DNA of 63,999 bases, counting the filler, from Stramenopiles sp. TOSAG23-2 (taxonomy: Eukaryota), in NCBI GenBank assembly GCA_900128395.1. It is 3 parts of 3 records of this genome, joined end to end, with 100 filler letters (N's around TTAATTAATTAA, not from the genome) between each part and the next. Parts side by side here need not be neighbours in the genome. Positions count along the whole stretch, not along the records: positions 23,618 to 47,105 come from LT649488.1; 2 more parts are not named here. The stretch is one strand, 5' to 3'. Under the pieces are notes generated by a model, which searched no databases, was not told the DNA's origin, and saw only the letters and a program-made list of their open reading frames with translations. Positions 23,618 to 35,600 of this stretch are shown here, piece after piece. The translations under genes were made by a program, and so were the position numbers. Numbering within the stretch: the first letter of the stretch is position 1; each line of letters begins with the position of its first letter.

Positions 23618-23951
23618 CTTAGACTACAAAAGAAATAGGTTTTGCAGCCAATACAGGCAATAGCTCCATCTGACACACCTTTAAGGTATCAAAAATGAAC
23701 AACACTTTTTTAAGAAAAAAATAGTATTAATATTATATAGCTGGTATGCTATATAGTATCAACATACCATTACAAAAATAATGCATATGTACTATGCACA
23801 TATGCACATATATTGTATATACCTGTGAAAAAATAGAAAAATGCAAGAGAGGGATAGATAGATAGTTATACGGAAAGTGAAGAATTGTAACAAACAAAAA
23901 AGAACTTATTCATTTATTATTATTAACAAACAAACAAACAAACAAACAAGT

Positions 23952-25250
23952 ATGGCAACAGTAGCAGTAGCACCAACACCGATCGCTGGCAATCCGATGG
24001 TACGGATGAAAATCAATATGAATGGATTAAAAGCGAAAGATGAAATACCATACACGCCAGACTTAAAAGCAGTAGAGGTAATTGACTATGTAAAAGAAAA
24101 ATATAAATTACAAAATTGTTCATTAAATATAAGACGAGAACGCTATTATAATCTTTGGGAGTTCGTCAGAACTAATCTTGAATCATTAGAAAGAGGTGAA
24201 GTTGGCAATGTACCGAAAAAGAAATTTAAAGGAAAGGAGAAAAAATCGAAGCTGCCAAAGTCCCTTCTCAATATCATTCTAAATGGAACCGTGTGTATTG
24301 ATGAAAATAATTCAGCAATAATAAAATTCCCAGATGGTGGTGCCGGCTTTAAACGACCAAAGAATATTCTTAATCCTGAGAACAAAAGCGATACATCAAA
24401 CATTTCTATTCAACCATATGAACAATTAGAAATTGATGCACATATGAAAAGCAATGGACCTAGAAGAAACATATTTGTAAAGATATCAAATGATAAAACT
24501 ATTAAACTGAAAGTACGAACAACTGATACAATCGGAGATGTGAAAGAAAAGATTTTTGAAAAGGAAGGTATTTCTATATCTTGCCAGATATTGACATTTG
24601 CAGGTAGAAAATTAACATATTACAAAACAATATCGGATTATAAGATTAAAAAAGATGCCATATTGGAATTAGGGGCGGTGGGAGGTAGTATGCAATTCTT
24701 TGTTAAAACGTTGACTGGTAAAACAATCACTTTGGACGTATTACAAAATGAATTGATTGCAGATGTAAAATTAAAGATTCAAAAGAAAGAAGGATGTCCA
24801 CCAGATCAACAACGAATTATTTTTGCAGGTTATCAATTGGAAGATACGCGTACATTATCCGATTACAACATTCAAAAAGAAGCTACCGTCCATTTAGTAT
24901 TACGACTTCGTGGAGGAATGTATCATTGGTCTAGTGGACGCAATGATAATTTAAAAACAGGGGAAAACGTAGAGAAAGAAATATCTGTTTTTGATGCAAC
25001 TAGTAAAAAATGGATCGACAAACCTGTAAAATTTGTCATGACTTCAACTTTATCATATGATGATTTATTAAATTGTTTTTTAGGAAAAGATGATGATGGA
25101 AAACCAAAGGCGGAAATGACTGCTGAAGAAAGTGCAATTCAACGATTAGAAGGAATGGGACTTGGTACTAGAGAACAAATAGAAGTTGTCTATCTTGCAT
25201 GTGATGGAAACGAAGAAGAAGCAGCTAATATATTAATGGATCAATTATAA
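23952..25250 (+). CDS. tandem ubiquitin-like domains plus C-terminal UBA protein
   Basis: divergent Ubl ([12 protein letters not shown]), near-ubiquitin [26 protein letters not shown]23-like UBA at the C-terminus. Confidence 0.85.
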   Translation: MATVAVAPTPIAGNPMVRMKINMNGLKAKDEIPYTPDLKAVEVIDYVKEKYKLQNCSLNIRRERYYNLWEFVRTNLESLERGEVGNVPKKKFKGKEKKSKLPKSLLNIILNGTVCIDENNSAIIKFPDGGAGFKRPKNILNPENKSDTSNISIQPYEQLEIDAHMKSNGPRRNIFVKISNDKTIKLKVRTTDTIGDVKEKIFEKEGISISCQILTFAGRKLTYYKTISDYKIKKDAILELGAVGGSMQFFVKTLTGKTITLDVLQNELIADVKLKIQKKEGCPPDQQRIIFAGYQLEDTRTLSDYNIQKEATVHLVLRLRGGMYHWSSGRNDNLKTGENVEKEISVFDATSKKWIDKPVKFVMTSTLSYDDLLNCFLGKDDDGKPKAEMTAEESAIQRLEGMGLGTREQIEVVYLACDGNEEEAANILMDQL

Positions 25251-25428
25251 TTTATTATTATATACACAACAACAGTGCACAAAACAAAGTAAAAAAGAAC
25301 AAGGAAAGACGTTCTTCAAAAATTTAAAATATTTTATATAAATATAAATATATTATATGGAATCACACACATATATATTATAATATATACACACACACTC
25401 CAACATTCTAATACAATATTTCATCAAA

Positions 25429-26970
25429 ATGCAGACATTTTGTCTATCATTGATAATAATAATAATATCTATTCTATGTATATTAATTGTTCCAACTACA
25501 GTAGCAAATAATATAAATAATAATAATGGGTTGCCACAAATAATTAAACATAATATAGTCAATAATGATAATAATAATAATCCAAATAGTACTACCAATA
25601 ATAACAGTGGAACATTTTGGTGGTTCACTGATATGCATGTCGATGTATGGGGAAATATGACAGAAACCCCAGAGTGTGCATGGACTCCATCAGAACAAAT
25701 GATTAGTGGTTTGAATGCAATGAAAGAAATAAATGGTGAACCAGATTTTATATTAATGTCCGGCGATATTGTTCATTTTCCAAAACGTAACGTTTCTGAT
25801 TTAACGCCAGAGTTAATATTATTGACAATAGAACAAGTTACAGCATGGGTCATGAAAACATTTCCAAATGCAAAATTATACGGTGCATTAGGGAATCATG
25901 ATTTATCGCCATCAAACAATTGGCCAACAACGCCATCAGAATCAAAATGGTTGTTTGATAAATTAGTTGATATATGGTCCCCATGGTTACCGGAAACTGC
26001 ATTAAAAACGTTAGGAGAAACAGGTTGGTATTCCGCCGATGTAGACGGTGTCCCTGGTTTACGAATTATTACACCAAATACAAATTATTGGGCCTTTTAC
26101 AATACGTATTTGATCTTCAATAGTACTATAGCTGATATTCAATGGAAATGGATTGAATCGGAATTGGAACGTGCATGGAATGATGGAGTGAAAGTATATA
26201 TTAATGGTCATCATCCACCTGTAGGACAATATGAAGGTAATTCAGCAGATGATTTCTGGCCAATGTATACACAAAAATATGTACAATTAATGGAAAAGTA
26301 CCATGCCATTATCGTTGCCGGATTCTTTGGACATGAACATGTTGATGAATTTCGTTTAATGCGAAAATGCAATTATTATTACAAACCATCAAATACATCT
26401 ACAGTGAATAATTGTACAGGTGATCCGTTTGGTGTAGTGTTTGTCGGGCAATGCATGAGTAATTGCGGTTCACCATCTTTTCGAGAATGGACATTTGATA
26501 AAACATCAATGGAACTACAAGATTATAAATCATATGTATATGATGAAGCAATTGCTGCGGCATCGAATTTTTCTGCATCAACAGAATCATCTGCTGATGA
26601 TGAAGGTGTGGAGAATTTCATAGTAAAAGAAATGGATGATGATAAACCTCGCTCGTATGCCTCTGAATGGCCTTTGCAATACCAATGGAGTGATATATAT
26701 ACCAATATGGACAATATGACTGCAATGGAATGGGAAAAACAATTAGATGCAATGAGTAAAAATGATACATTATTTGAAGAATTTATGGGACGAAGACGAC
26801 CAAGTAATCCTGGATGTACAACAAGTAAATGCAAAGATTGGATGTTATGCAACTATGGTTATGGAACATATGCTGAATTTCTTCAATGTGCATTTAATGG
26901 ATATAATAACTATCATAATCAAAGTTTATTTAACAGAGAGATGGTATCAAGTGGATTTGGTCCGAATTAA
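25429..26970 (+). CDS. secreted acid sphingomyelinase-like phosphodiesterase (SMPDL3-like)
   Basis: signal peptide; DMHVD, GD, GNHD, GHHPP, FFGHEH metallophosphoesterase motifs; C-terminal Cys. Confidence 0.88.
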   Translation: MQTFCLSLIIIIISILCILIVPTTVANNINNNNGLPQIIKHNIVNNDNNNNPNSTTNNNSGTFWWFTDMHVDVWGNMTETPECAWTPSEQMISGLNAMKEINGEPDFILMSGDIVHFPKRNVSDLTPELILLTIEQVTAWVMKTFPNAKLYGALGNHDLSPSNNWPTTPSESKWLFDKLVDIWSPWLPETALKTLGETGWYSADVDGVPGLRIITPNTNYWAFYNTYLIFNSTIADIQWKWIESELERAWNDGVKVYINGHHPPVGQYEGNSADDFWPMYTQKYVQLMEKYHAIIVAGFFGHEHVDEFRLMRKCNYYYKPSNTSTVNNCTGDPFGVVFVGQCMSNCGSPSFREWTFDKTSMELQDYKSYVYDEAIAAASNFSASTESSADDEGVENFIVKEMDDDKPRSYASEWPLQYQWSDIYTNMDNMTAMEWEKQLDAMSKNDTLFEEFMGRRRPSNPGCTTSKCKDWMLCNYGYGTYAEFLQCAFNGYNNYHNQSLFNREMVSSGFGPN

Positions 26971-27195
26971 AAAGAGAGAGAGGAGAAGATGCGAGAAGAG
27001 AGTTTTTATGTTTCGTCCTATCAACATGTTTAATCAAATAATTTATTTCTTTTGTGTATATTTTTTTTTTTATTTAAATAATAAAAATAATGTGTGCGTG
27101 CTAATTTGTGTTGAAAATATATTTTGTTTTTTTTAAATTTTTAAAAAATACGGATATATAAAAATACGAGAGCGTATAATACACACACACATTTT

Positions 27196-28230
27196 TTAGA
27201 AACCTGGACTTTCTGGTAAACTTTGTCGTTGTGGTCGATGATTACCATTGCTACCATAATTTGGATATTTAAAATCATATTCAGCTTCTAATGCAGCATA
27301 ATCTGCACGATCTACATCTGGTAAATCTTCCCTTTTCGTTTTACAACATTCTACATATCTTTCTCGTAATTTCTGATTGATTCCATATACAATGGCATTG
27401 CAAAAACCTTGCAATGGTCCACATATTGCATCCATACATAATAAAAAATAATTTGGAGTGGCAGTATTGCTTACAAATTGATAGACACGATTTGCTAAAC
27501 CCCATCCTGACAAAAAAATAAAAACACCAACATATAACAATAAACGTTGTCTAATTTTCAATTCCATACCAGATAAATTGTGTCTTAGACGTTTTAAAAG
27601 CAATACATATATGAATAAATTAAACAATAAAATTGCTAATAATGGAAAATAGAAAAAAACAAATTGTTCCCATTCAAATTTATCATTTGGATTATTTGAC
27701 GATATCCAACACCATGGGCGATCTTTTGTACCACCCATACCAGGCTCATGGAAAAATTCCTGGCGTATAAAAAAATACAAACAAATTGCACCTGGTACGC
27801 CCCATGATAACAAATGATATCTCCACTCTAATTTATATGCCCTACGATTTTTTAACCATATCAACTGAAACAAATGCCATGCAAAACAAGCTGTCCATAA
27901 AAAAGAAGCTAAATAAAAGAATTGCAATAAATACCCTTGTATGATACATAACGTACCTGGATGTTTTGCATTTAAAATTTTCTCAAAACCACTAAATAGC
28001 CATCCAATGGATGCAAATAAATCGGACACTGTTAAATACATTAACAAACGTCGACTGAATTTTCTACTTCGTCTAAATAAACAATATGAAACTATAATAA
28101 ATATCGAACCAATTACTGATAATATACCACCAACACGTACTAATAATACTAAAAATGGGTCATGGTTTTCCACAAATTTCGCTGGTATCGATGGTTTAAA
28201 TGTACCATTCCCAAATTGATCTAGATTCAT
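27196..28230 (-). CDS. GPCR, cAMP-receptor/GCR1-like
   Basis: 7 TM; LSVIGSIFII, LTVSDL, LCIIQG, ASFLWT, WCWI, LQGFCNAIVYG. Confidence 0.88.
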   Translation of the reverse strand: MNLDQFGNGTFKPSIPAKFVENHDPFLVLLVRVGGILSVIGSIFIIVSYCLFRRSRKFSRRLLMYLTVSDLFASIGWLFSGFEKILNAKHPGTLCIIQGYLLQFFYLASFLWTACFAWHLFQLIWLKNRRAYKLEWRYHLLSWGVPGAICLYFFIRQEFFHEPGMGGTKDRPWCWISSNNPNDKFEWEQFVFFYFPLLAILLFNLFIYVLLLKRLRHNLSGMELKIRQRLLLYVGVFIFLSGWGLANRVYQFVSNTATPNYFLLCMDAICGPLQGFCNAIVYGINQKLRERYVECCKTKREDLPDVDRADYAALEAEYDFKYPNYGSNGNHRPQRQSLPESPGF

Positions 28231-28608
28231 CCTGCTAATAAATATATTACATACGCGCGTACGCACTTACACACACACACACACACACACGATGTTATTC
28301 TATTTAAACAACAAATATTAGTCCAGAGAGATAATCGATATGTACACACACACACACACCTGTTTTAATTAAAATATTGTTTTCGTTCATCAATTTTAAT
28401 AAAAGAAGAAGAAGTATAAGGGTACGTTTGACATCCGAGCTAGAGCTCGGAGCCCAATCTTTGGTCAAAATTAAGGTGATGAAGAACGGCCAGATTATTT
28501 ATACCCAGATCCAGACTTAATTAAAAGTTTAATTTCAATATAAAAAAACAAAACCAAAGAAGAAAGTATAGTTATTATATATATTGATATATATACAAAT
28601 ATTTAGCC

Positions 28609-30507
28609 ATGTCGTATTGTATACCACCATTAACCATTTGTTTATTTGTTGCTATTACTCTTGCTGTGCTTCTTACTGATGTTACTGCAACGGATGAAGT
28701 CAAAATAGATATATCAAAAACAACATCCTTTTCACATTATTGGAAACGTTCATTTGGTAGTGGGCATGCAACATTAACTTTGAGAAAGGATTGGAGAGGG
28801 CAATTGAAACAAGCAATTAATGATCTTGGCTTGCAAGGTATACGCCATCATGGCATTTTAGATGATGATATGAGAGTTGTTATTGCACCGCGAAAATATA
28901 ACTTTTCATTAGTAGAAGAAAGTTGGTCGTTCCAAGTTTTAAATAATATTACACCAATTGTTGAACTTTCATTCATGCCAGCAATACTAGCAAATTGTAC
29001 ATGGAAAGCACCTGCTGATGGACGTATTGTAAATCCAGGCCATAAACCTTGCATTGTAGGGATGCAATATAAAAATATACAAATGCCACCAACATCATTT
29101 AATGACTGGTATGATCTTGTAAATGCATTGGTGCGACATGCAGTTGATACATTTGGTATAGAAGAAGTCAAGACTTGGAAGTTTGAATGTTGGAATGAAT
29201 TGTGGGGAATGCCTTTTCCTGAAGTATATATGAAACTATATAATGCATCAGCACTTGCAGTCAAAGCTGTTAATCCCTCACTTAAAGTTGGAGGGCCTGC
29301 AACTGCACAATTATTAGATTTAAAAGATTTTATTGCAGCTGCTGAAAAGATAAATGCCCCATTTGATTTTATCTCAACACATATGTATCCAACTGATCCC
29401 ATGTGTCCAACAAAATCTGGGTGGGGTCCAGATTGCCTTCCAAAACATGTTCAAGCTGCAAAAATAGATATAAGTAATGCAGGTGTACCATTATATTTAA
29501 CTGAATACAATGTTGGTTGTTGTATTGGATATCCTCAACATGATGTATCTGGTGCTGCCGCATTTGCTTTTCGAACAATTGGTGCGCTTGATGGCATTAC
29601 AGATGTATTAAGTTGGTGGACATTTAGTGATATTTTTGAAGAAGGTACAGCTGTTAATAAACATACAGAATTTATGAATATTTATGGACTTATGACTATT
29701 AGTGGGGTACCAAAACCAGGATGGAGAGCATTTCAATTACTTCATCAACATGCTGGAAATACCCGTATAAAAGCAACTGTTACCGAATCAGTCATTTACG
29801 ATCAATTAGGATTAATAGATTCTTCTTCTCACCAAGCAAATTGCACCATCGAAGATGGAACTGAATTTTCTGGGTTTGATATAGGAACTGCTCCTACGGC
29901 TAAAACACTTGATGAATGTTGCAATGCATGTCGTTCAAACCATTTATGTTCCTTTTGGACTTTTTTCAATACAAATTCATCCTGTTATTTAAAAACTTCA
30001 GATGCTGGCCGTACGCATACAACAAAAGATGTAACTAGTGGTTCATCGACTCTTCCACCAAAACCTAGTGGGAAAGGGACACGAATTGCAGCATTGGTGA
30101 CATCTAATGATAGTATGAATAATAATAACAATGTCCTTTTAAAAGACCAATTTTCATCAAAGAGCGGCATAAGTGTTTTTTTAAGTTTTTGGAGTATTAA
30201 TGGTACAGAATCGGATCGTTCAGTTAATGTCATGTTTGTAAATGATACTACTAATATGGATAATAATTATAATGATATTTGTAAGAAATATTTAACAACA
30301 GCAACAATGTATCGTATTGATGAAAACAATTGTAATCCATTTGCGAAATGGAAATCAATGGGGTCACCAGGCAAACCAACGACTGCGCAAGTAGAAGAGC
30401 TTATCAAAGCAAGTGAATTGAAAGCAACCAAAGTATCGGTTAATCCAACAACTTGTTCATTAATAGTAACCATGCCACCAAATAGTGCAGTAGTACTTGT
30501 ATTTTAA
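28609..30507 (+). CDS. secreted GH39 beta-xylosidase-like glycoside hydrolase with inserted PAN/Apple module
   Basis: IRHHGILDDDM, PIVELSFMP, FECWNE, KVGGPAT, STHMYP, LTEYN, WTFSDIFEE; CCNACRSNHLCSFWTF..CYLK. Confidence 0.88.
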   Translation: MSYCIPPLTICLFVAITLAVLLTDVTATDEVKIDISKTTSFSHYWKRSFGSGHATLTLRKDWRGQLKQAINDLGLQGIRHHGILDDDMRVVIAPRKYNFSLVEESWSFQVLNNITPIVELSFMPAILANCTWKAPADGRIVNPGHKPCIVGMQYKNIQMPPTSFNDWYDLVNALVRHAVDTFGIEEVKTWKFECWNELWGMPFPEVYMKLYNASALAVKAVNPSLKVGGPATAQLLDLKDFIAAAEKINAPFDFISTHMYPTDPMCPTKSGWGPDCLPKHVQAAKIDISNAGVPLYLTEYNVGCCIGYPQHDVSGAAAFAFRTIGALDGITDVLSWWTFSDIFEEGTAVNKHTEFMNIYGLMTISGVPKPGWRAFQLLHQHAGNTRIKATVTESVIYDQLGLIDSSSHQANCTIEDGTEFSGFDIGTAPTAKTLDECCNACRSNHLCSFWTFFNTNSSCYLKTSDAGRTHTTKDVTSGSSTLPPKPSGKGTRIAALVTSNDSMNNNNNVLLKDQFSSKSGISVFLSFWSINGTESDRSVNVMFVNDTTNMDNNYNDICKKYLTTATMYRIDENNCNPFAKWKSMGSPGKPTTAQVEELIKASELKATKVSVNPTTCSLIVTMPPNSAVVLVF

Positions 30508-31397
30508 TAGATAAAGGCAGAGTAGATAAGTACTATGATGTACTCAGAGAAGGGCCAGCCCAGCCAGCTTGCCAGAGGAGAAAACCGAGACGGAGACAAC
30601 GAGACGGCAACAGATTATAAAAAACCCTTAAATAAAACTGTTACGATAATTCCATACACTGACCCCAGAAAAAGGCAGTTTCAAACGCAAACCAAAGACC
30701 TCATTAGCAGGCACTCTAGAAGAGCTAGTTTCGTCACCAAGTAAATTCACCAGGAACACTAAAATAAGCACAATGGCAATAGATGACAACAGGGAAAAAC
30801 AAGACAAAGTCTACGTATCATTTGTAAAACTGGTACTACGAGAAAGGAAAAATATGGATATATATCATATAAAAAAGTAATATTTTGGCAATGAAGGAAC
30901 GAGAGAAAATGGCTAATACGAAGCTCGTAATATTAATCAAAGTTAAAAAGAAAAAATAGAATCGACAAGAGGGAATATGAGATTGAATCATGGTTTTTGC
31001 GTTTTTGCTTTTTGTTACGTATACATAATTGCCATACTGGTAAAATTATTTTTATTTTTATCTGTGAAGAAATATCTCGTTTTTAAATTCAAGAAAATAT
31101 TAATCAATTTTAATGCATACCGATCGTCTGTATCTCTCTCTCTCTCTCATTCTCTTTTCTTGTTTTCATATATATATATTTGTAAGTTGATATAATTGAT
31201 TTTTGTTCTGGAATCAAATAAATGTGTCTGTATGTATAAACATAATGACACATAATGTTTCCATCATATTGTACGCGCGTACTATATCATCCATATCGAT
31301 TTTTAATCACTTTGATCACATAACATACAACCTAGAAAACAAAAAAAAGTACAATATTTTTGAAACCGTTTCCTTTTTAATCCAAGAAATTTGATAT

Positions 31398-31874
31398 TTA
31401 TTCGTGATCAACTTTAATACTTCGCATATCACGTAAGTAATAACACGACATTTCCGCCATACTACTTAGTAAGAACGTGCCAAGTACAACCGTTACCCAC
31501 CATATCCAATTAACTGGGAAGGAACCTGTTACTATTATTGACAAAATAAAATGTACAAATGAAAATGTTACTGCGTAATCCCAAGCCATTTGCGTGCTTC
31601 TTACAACATAATAAATCAACGATGTTGCTACAAATAGCATTAAGACAAAAGATAACCATGTCACTAAAGCTGTACCACCTGCAGCTGGATTAAAGTTACA
31701 TTTATCGTCGTTACATGCATGAAAGAAAGGTTCTCTACCATCGAACGTACTACCTACTATAGCTGACAAAATACCAGTTATTGCATAGTATGCAATATAA
31801 AATAATGGAAATATAATCGCAAAATTTTTCAATATAACTGCTGTATCATCCGGTTTTACATTTTTTCCTGCCAT
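31398..31874 (-). CDS. SYS1/TMEM244-family membrane protein
   Basis: 4 TM; AWDYAVTFSFVHF..FPVNWIWW..AEMSCY. Confidence 0.75.
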   Translation of the reverse strand: MAGKNVKPDDTAVILKNFAIIFPLFYIAYYAITGILSAIVGSTFDGREPFFHACNDDKCNFNPAAGGTALVTWLSFVLMLFVATSLIYYVVRSTQMAWDYAVTFSFVHFILSIIVTGSFPVNWIWWVTVVLGTFLLSSMAEMSCYYLRDMRSIKVDHE

Positions 31875-32428
31875 TCTTTTTTCTTCTTTTCTTTTTCTCT
31901 TTAATTTATTATTCTTATTATTTTAATATGTATGTATATTCAATAACTATATTTGTTTTTTACTTTTTTAATATATTACCTGTTTGTTGTTAAATGCATT
32001 GTTTTCAATAAAATTCAAGAAGTTTTTCAAAAATAACTGTCGTCGGTCCAATTTATAGCTCACACTCTCTGAGCTATTAACATGGAAATAGTGTCATCGA
32101 CGGCCCATAATAGTGTTGTTTCTTGCTATATTATTTATCACCAAATCACCAACAGCCTTTACTTTTTAAAGTAGAGTCTATGGACATAGTTATAGTATAA
32201 ATGGGCTGTATAGGCTGTAGCCTGGTATTAGCAATTAGCAGGTAGCAGGGAAGAAGGAAGAAGGAAGGGAATCGAGTAAGTAATGTATCGACTAAATACT
32301 TACTACAACAGTATTTGTATAATAAAACTCACAAAACCATCAAAAGCGTTAAATTTTTTTCTTTCTTCGTTTGAAATTTTGAACTTTTTTGCCAGTTGTT
32401 TTTTTTGCCTATTAATATTGTTGTTTTT

Positions 32429-32460
<32 letters not shown>

Positions 32461-32645
32461 TATACCAAGTGTGTTCAGATGATATTATTAAAAAATCGAT
32501 ATTATATGATATATACAGACTATTATCGATATATATATATATATCACAAAAAATTGTACTGTCGATGCTTATAGTATAAAAATTATAAAATAATATTTGC
32601 TTGCTGCACAAATTCTGATAATATTACAGATAGAAGTATAAAACG

Positions 32646-35600
32646 ATGGCAGAAGAATCCGAAGAACCGTTATTAAACGGAAGTAGTGGAAGACGTGGTA
32701 GATCAAGAAAGTCAGGTAGTGACGCTCTTCGTAAAATTAAAGAGAGAAAGAAGCGGAATTCACGCTTTGAAGGCCCAAAACCAATTGTAGAAGATAACCG
32801 GAGAAGCCGAAGTCCACGATCACGATCGCCGAGGTCTAAGTCACCTAGATCGAGGTCGAAATCGCCGCGGAGGGATGATGATGGAAACGTATCGGATGCA
32901 GGATCTGAGGTGTCTTCAGCAGGGTCTGACGTTTCAATTACAGGTGTTTTTAAACGTCACGAAGTTATAGAACGAGGAGTAAAAGGCGAACACGATTTAC
33001 TGCTTGGTGCAAAGGAATCCCGCGAGGTTAGAAAGATAGAATTGTACGAATCGAATCCGGAAGCACAAAGAGACCACAAGGAAAACTTGGGGAACCCAAA
33101 TGGACAGTATGTACCGAAAAGGACCAATGCTCCGTCGTGGAACCTAGCAGCTTTAGCCAGACGTTTAAAAAATGAAGCAAACGCGGATATGGAATATCGT
33201 GGTTTAACACCTGAAGTCACTATAGATATTGACGTTTTGCGTAAAAACCGGGACAAACTTAGAGACGATCCATCAACTACGGAAATGACAGCAATACGCA
33301 CAGGGGATCCCATGAATGAGCATTTCAATATAGACGGTCACCGTGTGCGTATATTGCCTGATCCTGTAACAAATCTTAGATTTGCACCAGTTTTACCCGA
33401 TGATGATGAAGTCATAGATCCAAAATTTCGGGCAGTTAGGCGCCGCGCATTAATTGATAGCAGTGGTAAATTGCGCGACAGGCCACCCGTATTTTTAGAC
33501 GTAGTGATTAAAAAATTAGTTTTCAAAGAGCATCCAAAATTTTCACATGAGGATTATTTAAATGCAACGCTATTAGCAAATTATAGTGATTACTATCGCC
33601 ATTTAAAAGGAGGGTATGATGTTCATACCTTAACACGTTTAAATGCAGGGTACACCGCTTTGGAAACTTTATTTAACGATGTGCAAACGCATAATTTACA
33701 TGATCATGCGCATGGTAAAAATTTAATAGATACCACAGTGGAAGTGGTAGATTTTCTCTCCAATACAATAGATCATAGGCGCGCTGGTGCAGAAAATACA
33801 TATCGTGTTTACAAAGCGTGGGAAGCATTGTGGAAACATAGAAAAAAGGAATTTAAACAATCTGACAAATCTCAATTATATGGGAACACAAGTTCTATTA
33901 TAGAATTAAAACCGACAGAGTCTAATATCAAAAATTTTAAAAAAGTTTTAAAAATGGTAAAGTTGTTAGAAAAGATTATTGGGTCGATGGAAGACGCATT
34001 TTTAAAGAACCAATACAACGTCCATGTTCTTGCTGGCAATTTAAAACGTTTAAAACAAGAAATTAAAGATGAAATCGACTTAGGAGATCAAGATAACAAA
34101 ACATTGAAGGATAATATATTAAGATTGACAAAGCAAAACGTTCAAAGTAGTGAATTTTTAAAAGGAAAGGCAAGAAAAGAGAAAGATAGAAATATAAGAA
34201 ATAAACTTATGAACGAAGTGAAAAGAAGAGAGAGTGTTAAACAGGAAAAATACAAAGCAAAATTAGTTGTAAATGGCCGTACAATTGGTAGTACGTCTGT
34301 GAGGCAATTAATGTGGCCGCAATTTGCTTTAAATTTTGAATATACGTTCCACATTGAAGTGACCAGCAGACCAAAAACAATAGAAATCATATTAATGAAA
34401 CAAAGCGAAAACATTTTAATGCCAACCTGGGACGCAATTGCAACCATACCAGTGGGTATCCCGGGTAATGATGCTAATGATGTTAGTGCTACTGGTGTAA
34501 GTCCAAATGAAACTTTTGTTGAATTTTCTACGACAACAAAACATTTTTTCGATAAAACAGAATCGAAAAGGGGGTCTGTACCTGACTCTATCGGTATGAT
34601 AAATGCGCAGAGGAGAGGAACAATCAAAAACAAGTCTTTCTACGACATGTATGAAGAACGCCATGCATCTGGTTGCATATTATGTGCAGTGAATTGGCTA
34701 GCATCATTGGATGTGCAGGCAACAACGGAAGCGGGAATTATTGTAGCCCCTTTGCCTGATAAAGATTTAGGAAACGTGAAAAATGAATTAATAGGTGGTG
34801 AAATTGCTCAAGGTGGTCATAAGAATAAGGAGGCTCAAGTTGGTGTCAATAAATATAGTACACAAGAATTTCGTCGAGCGCTGCAAGGGCAATCGAGGCT
34901 TGATCCAAATGAGCCAGATCGTGTAATTTCTGACATCGCAAAATCGCAGGATAAAGATGTAACTATGCCTGACTATAAAATGCAAGCAGACATTTTTCAA
35001 TTGCAAAAAAAATTTCCAGAAGTGGATTTTTCAACAAGTGATTCGAGAAAATACAAAGATAGTGCTCGTTTCGAACTTTTAAGAATGAGAGCAGAAGTTC
35101 CGCATCTATTTACTGGTAGCGCTCCTATTCCAATGACAGATGCTGAAATCAAATCAGACAATCACTGGCGCTCGATGCTAAAACCATCTGAAAAAAGTGA
35201 AACATTTGAAGAAGAATTGCAAATGGCAGATTTTGAAGAGCAGATCATTTTGAAACGGCAGAAACGTATACAAGGTTTTTTGGAAAAAGTACAAATGCAT
35301 GGTAAAGGCGTGAAGCGAAAAAAGCATCGTCATACTGTTGAAGCTTTCGTAAAACAAACTGCTTTGCCTTATTTCAGTGGAGTTGGTTTGGACGGTATCG
35401 GAAAATTGTTTGCACGTAGAAGGAAGTTAAGGCCACAACCAGTATCTAGAAAGCCCGTTGCAAAAATAGAGAAAATTAATTTATACGTAACAGTTTCAAG
35501 GGCTAGAAATGTCCCATATAGATACGATATAAAAGGTAAAAATACAGCACCATTAAGTCCGAGTCGCAGTTACGGTGCACAAGGGAATGATGCAGTGAGG

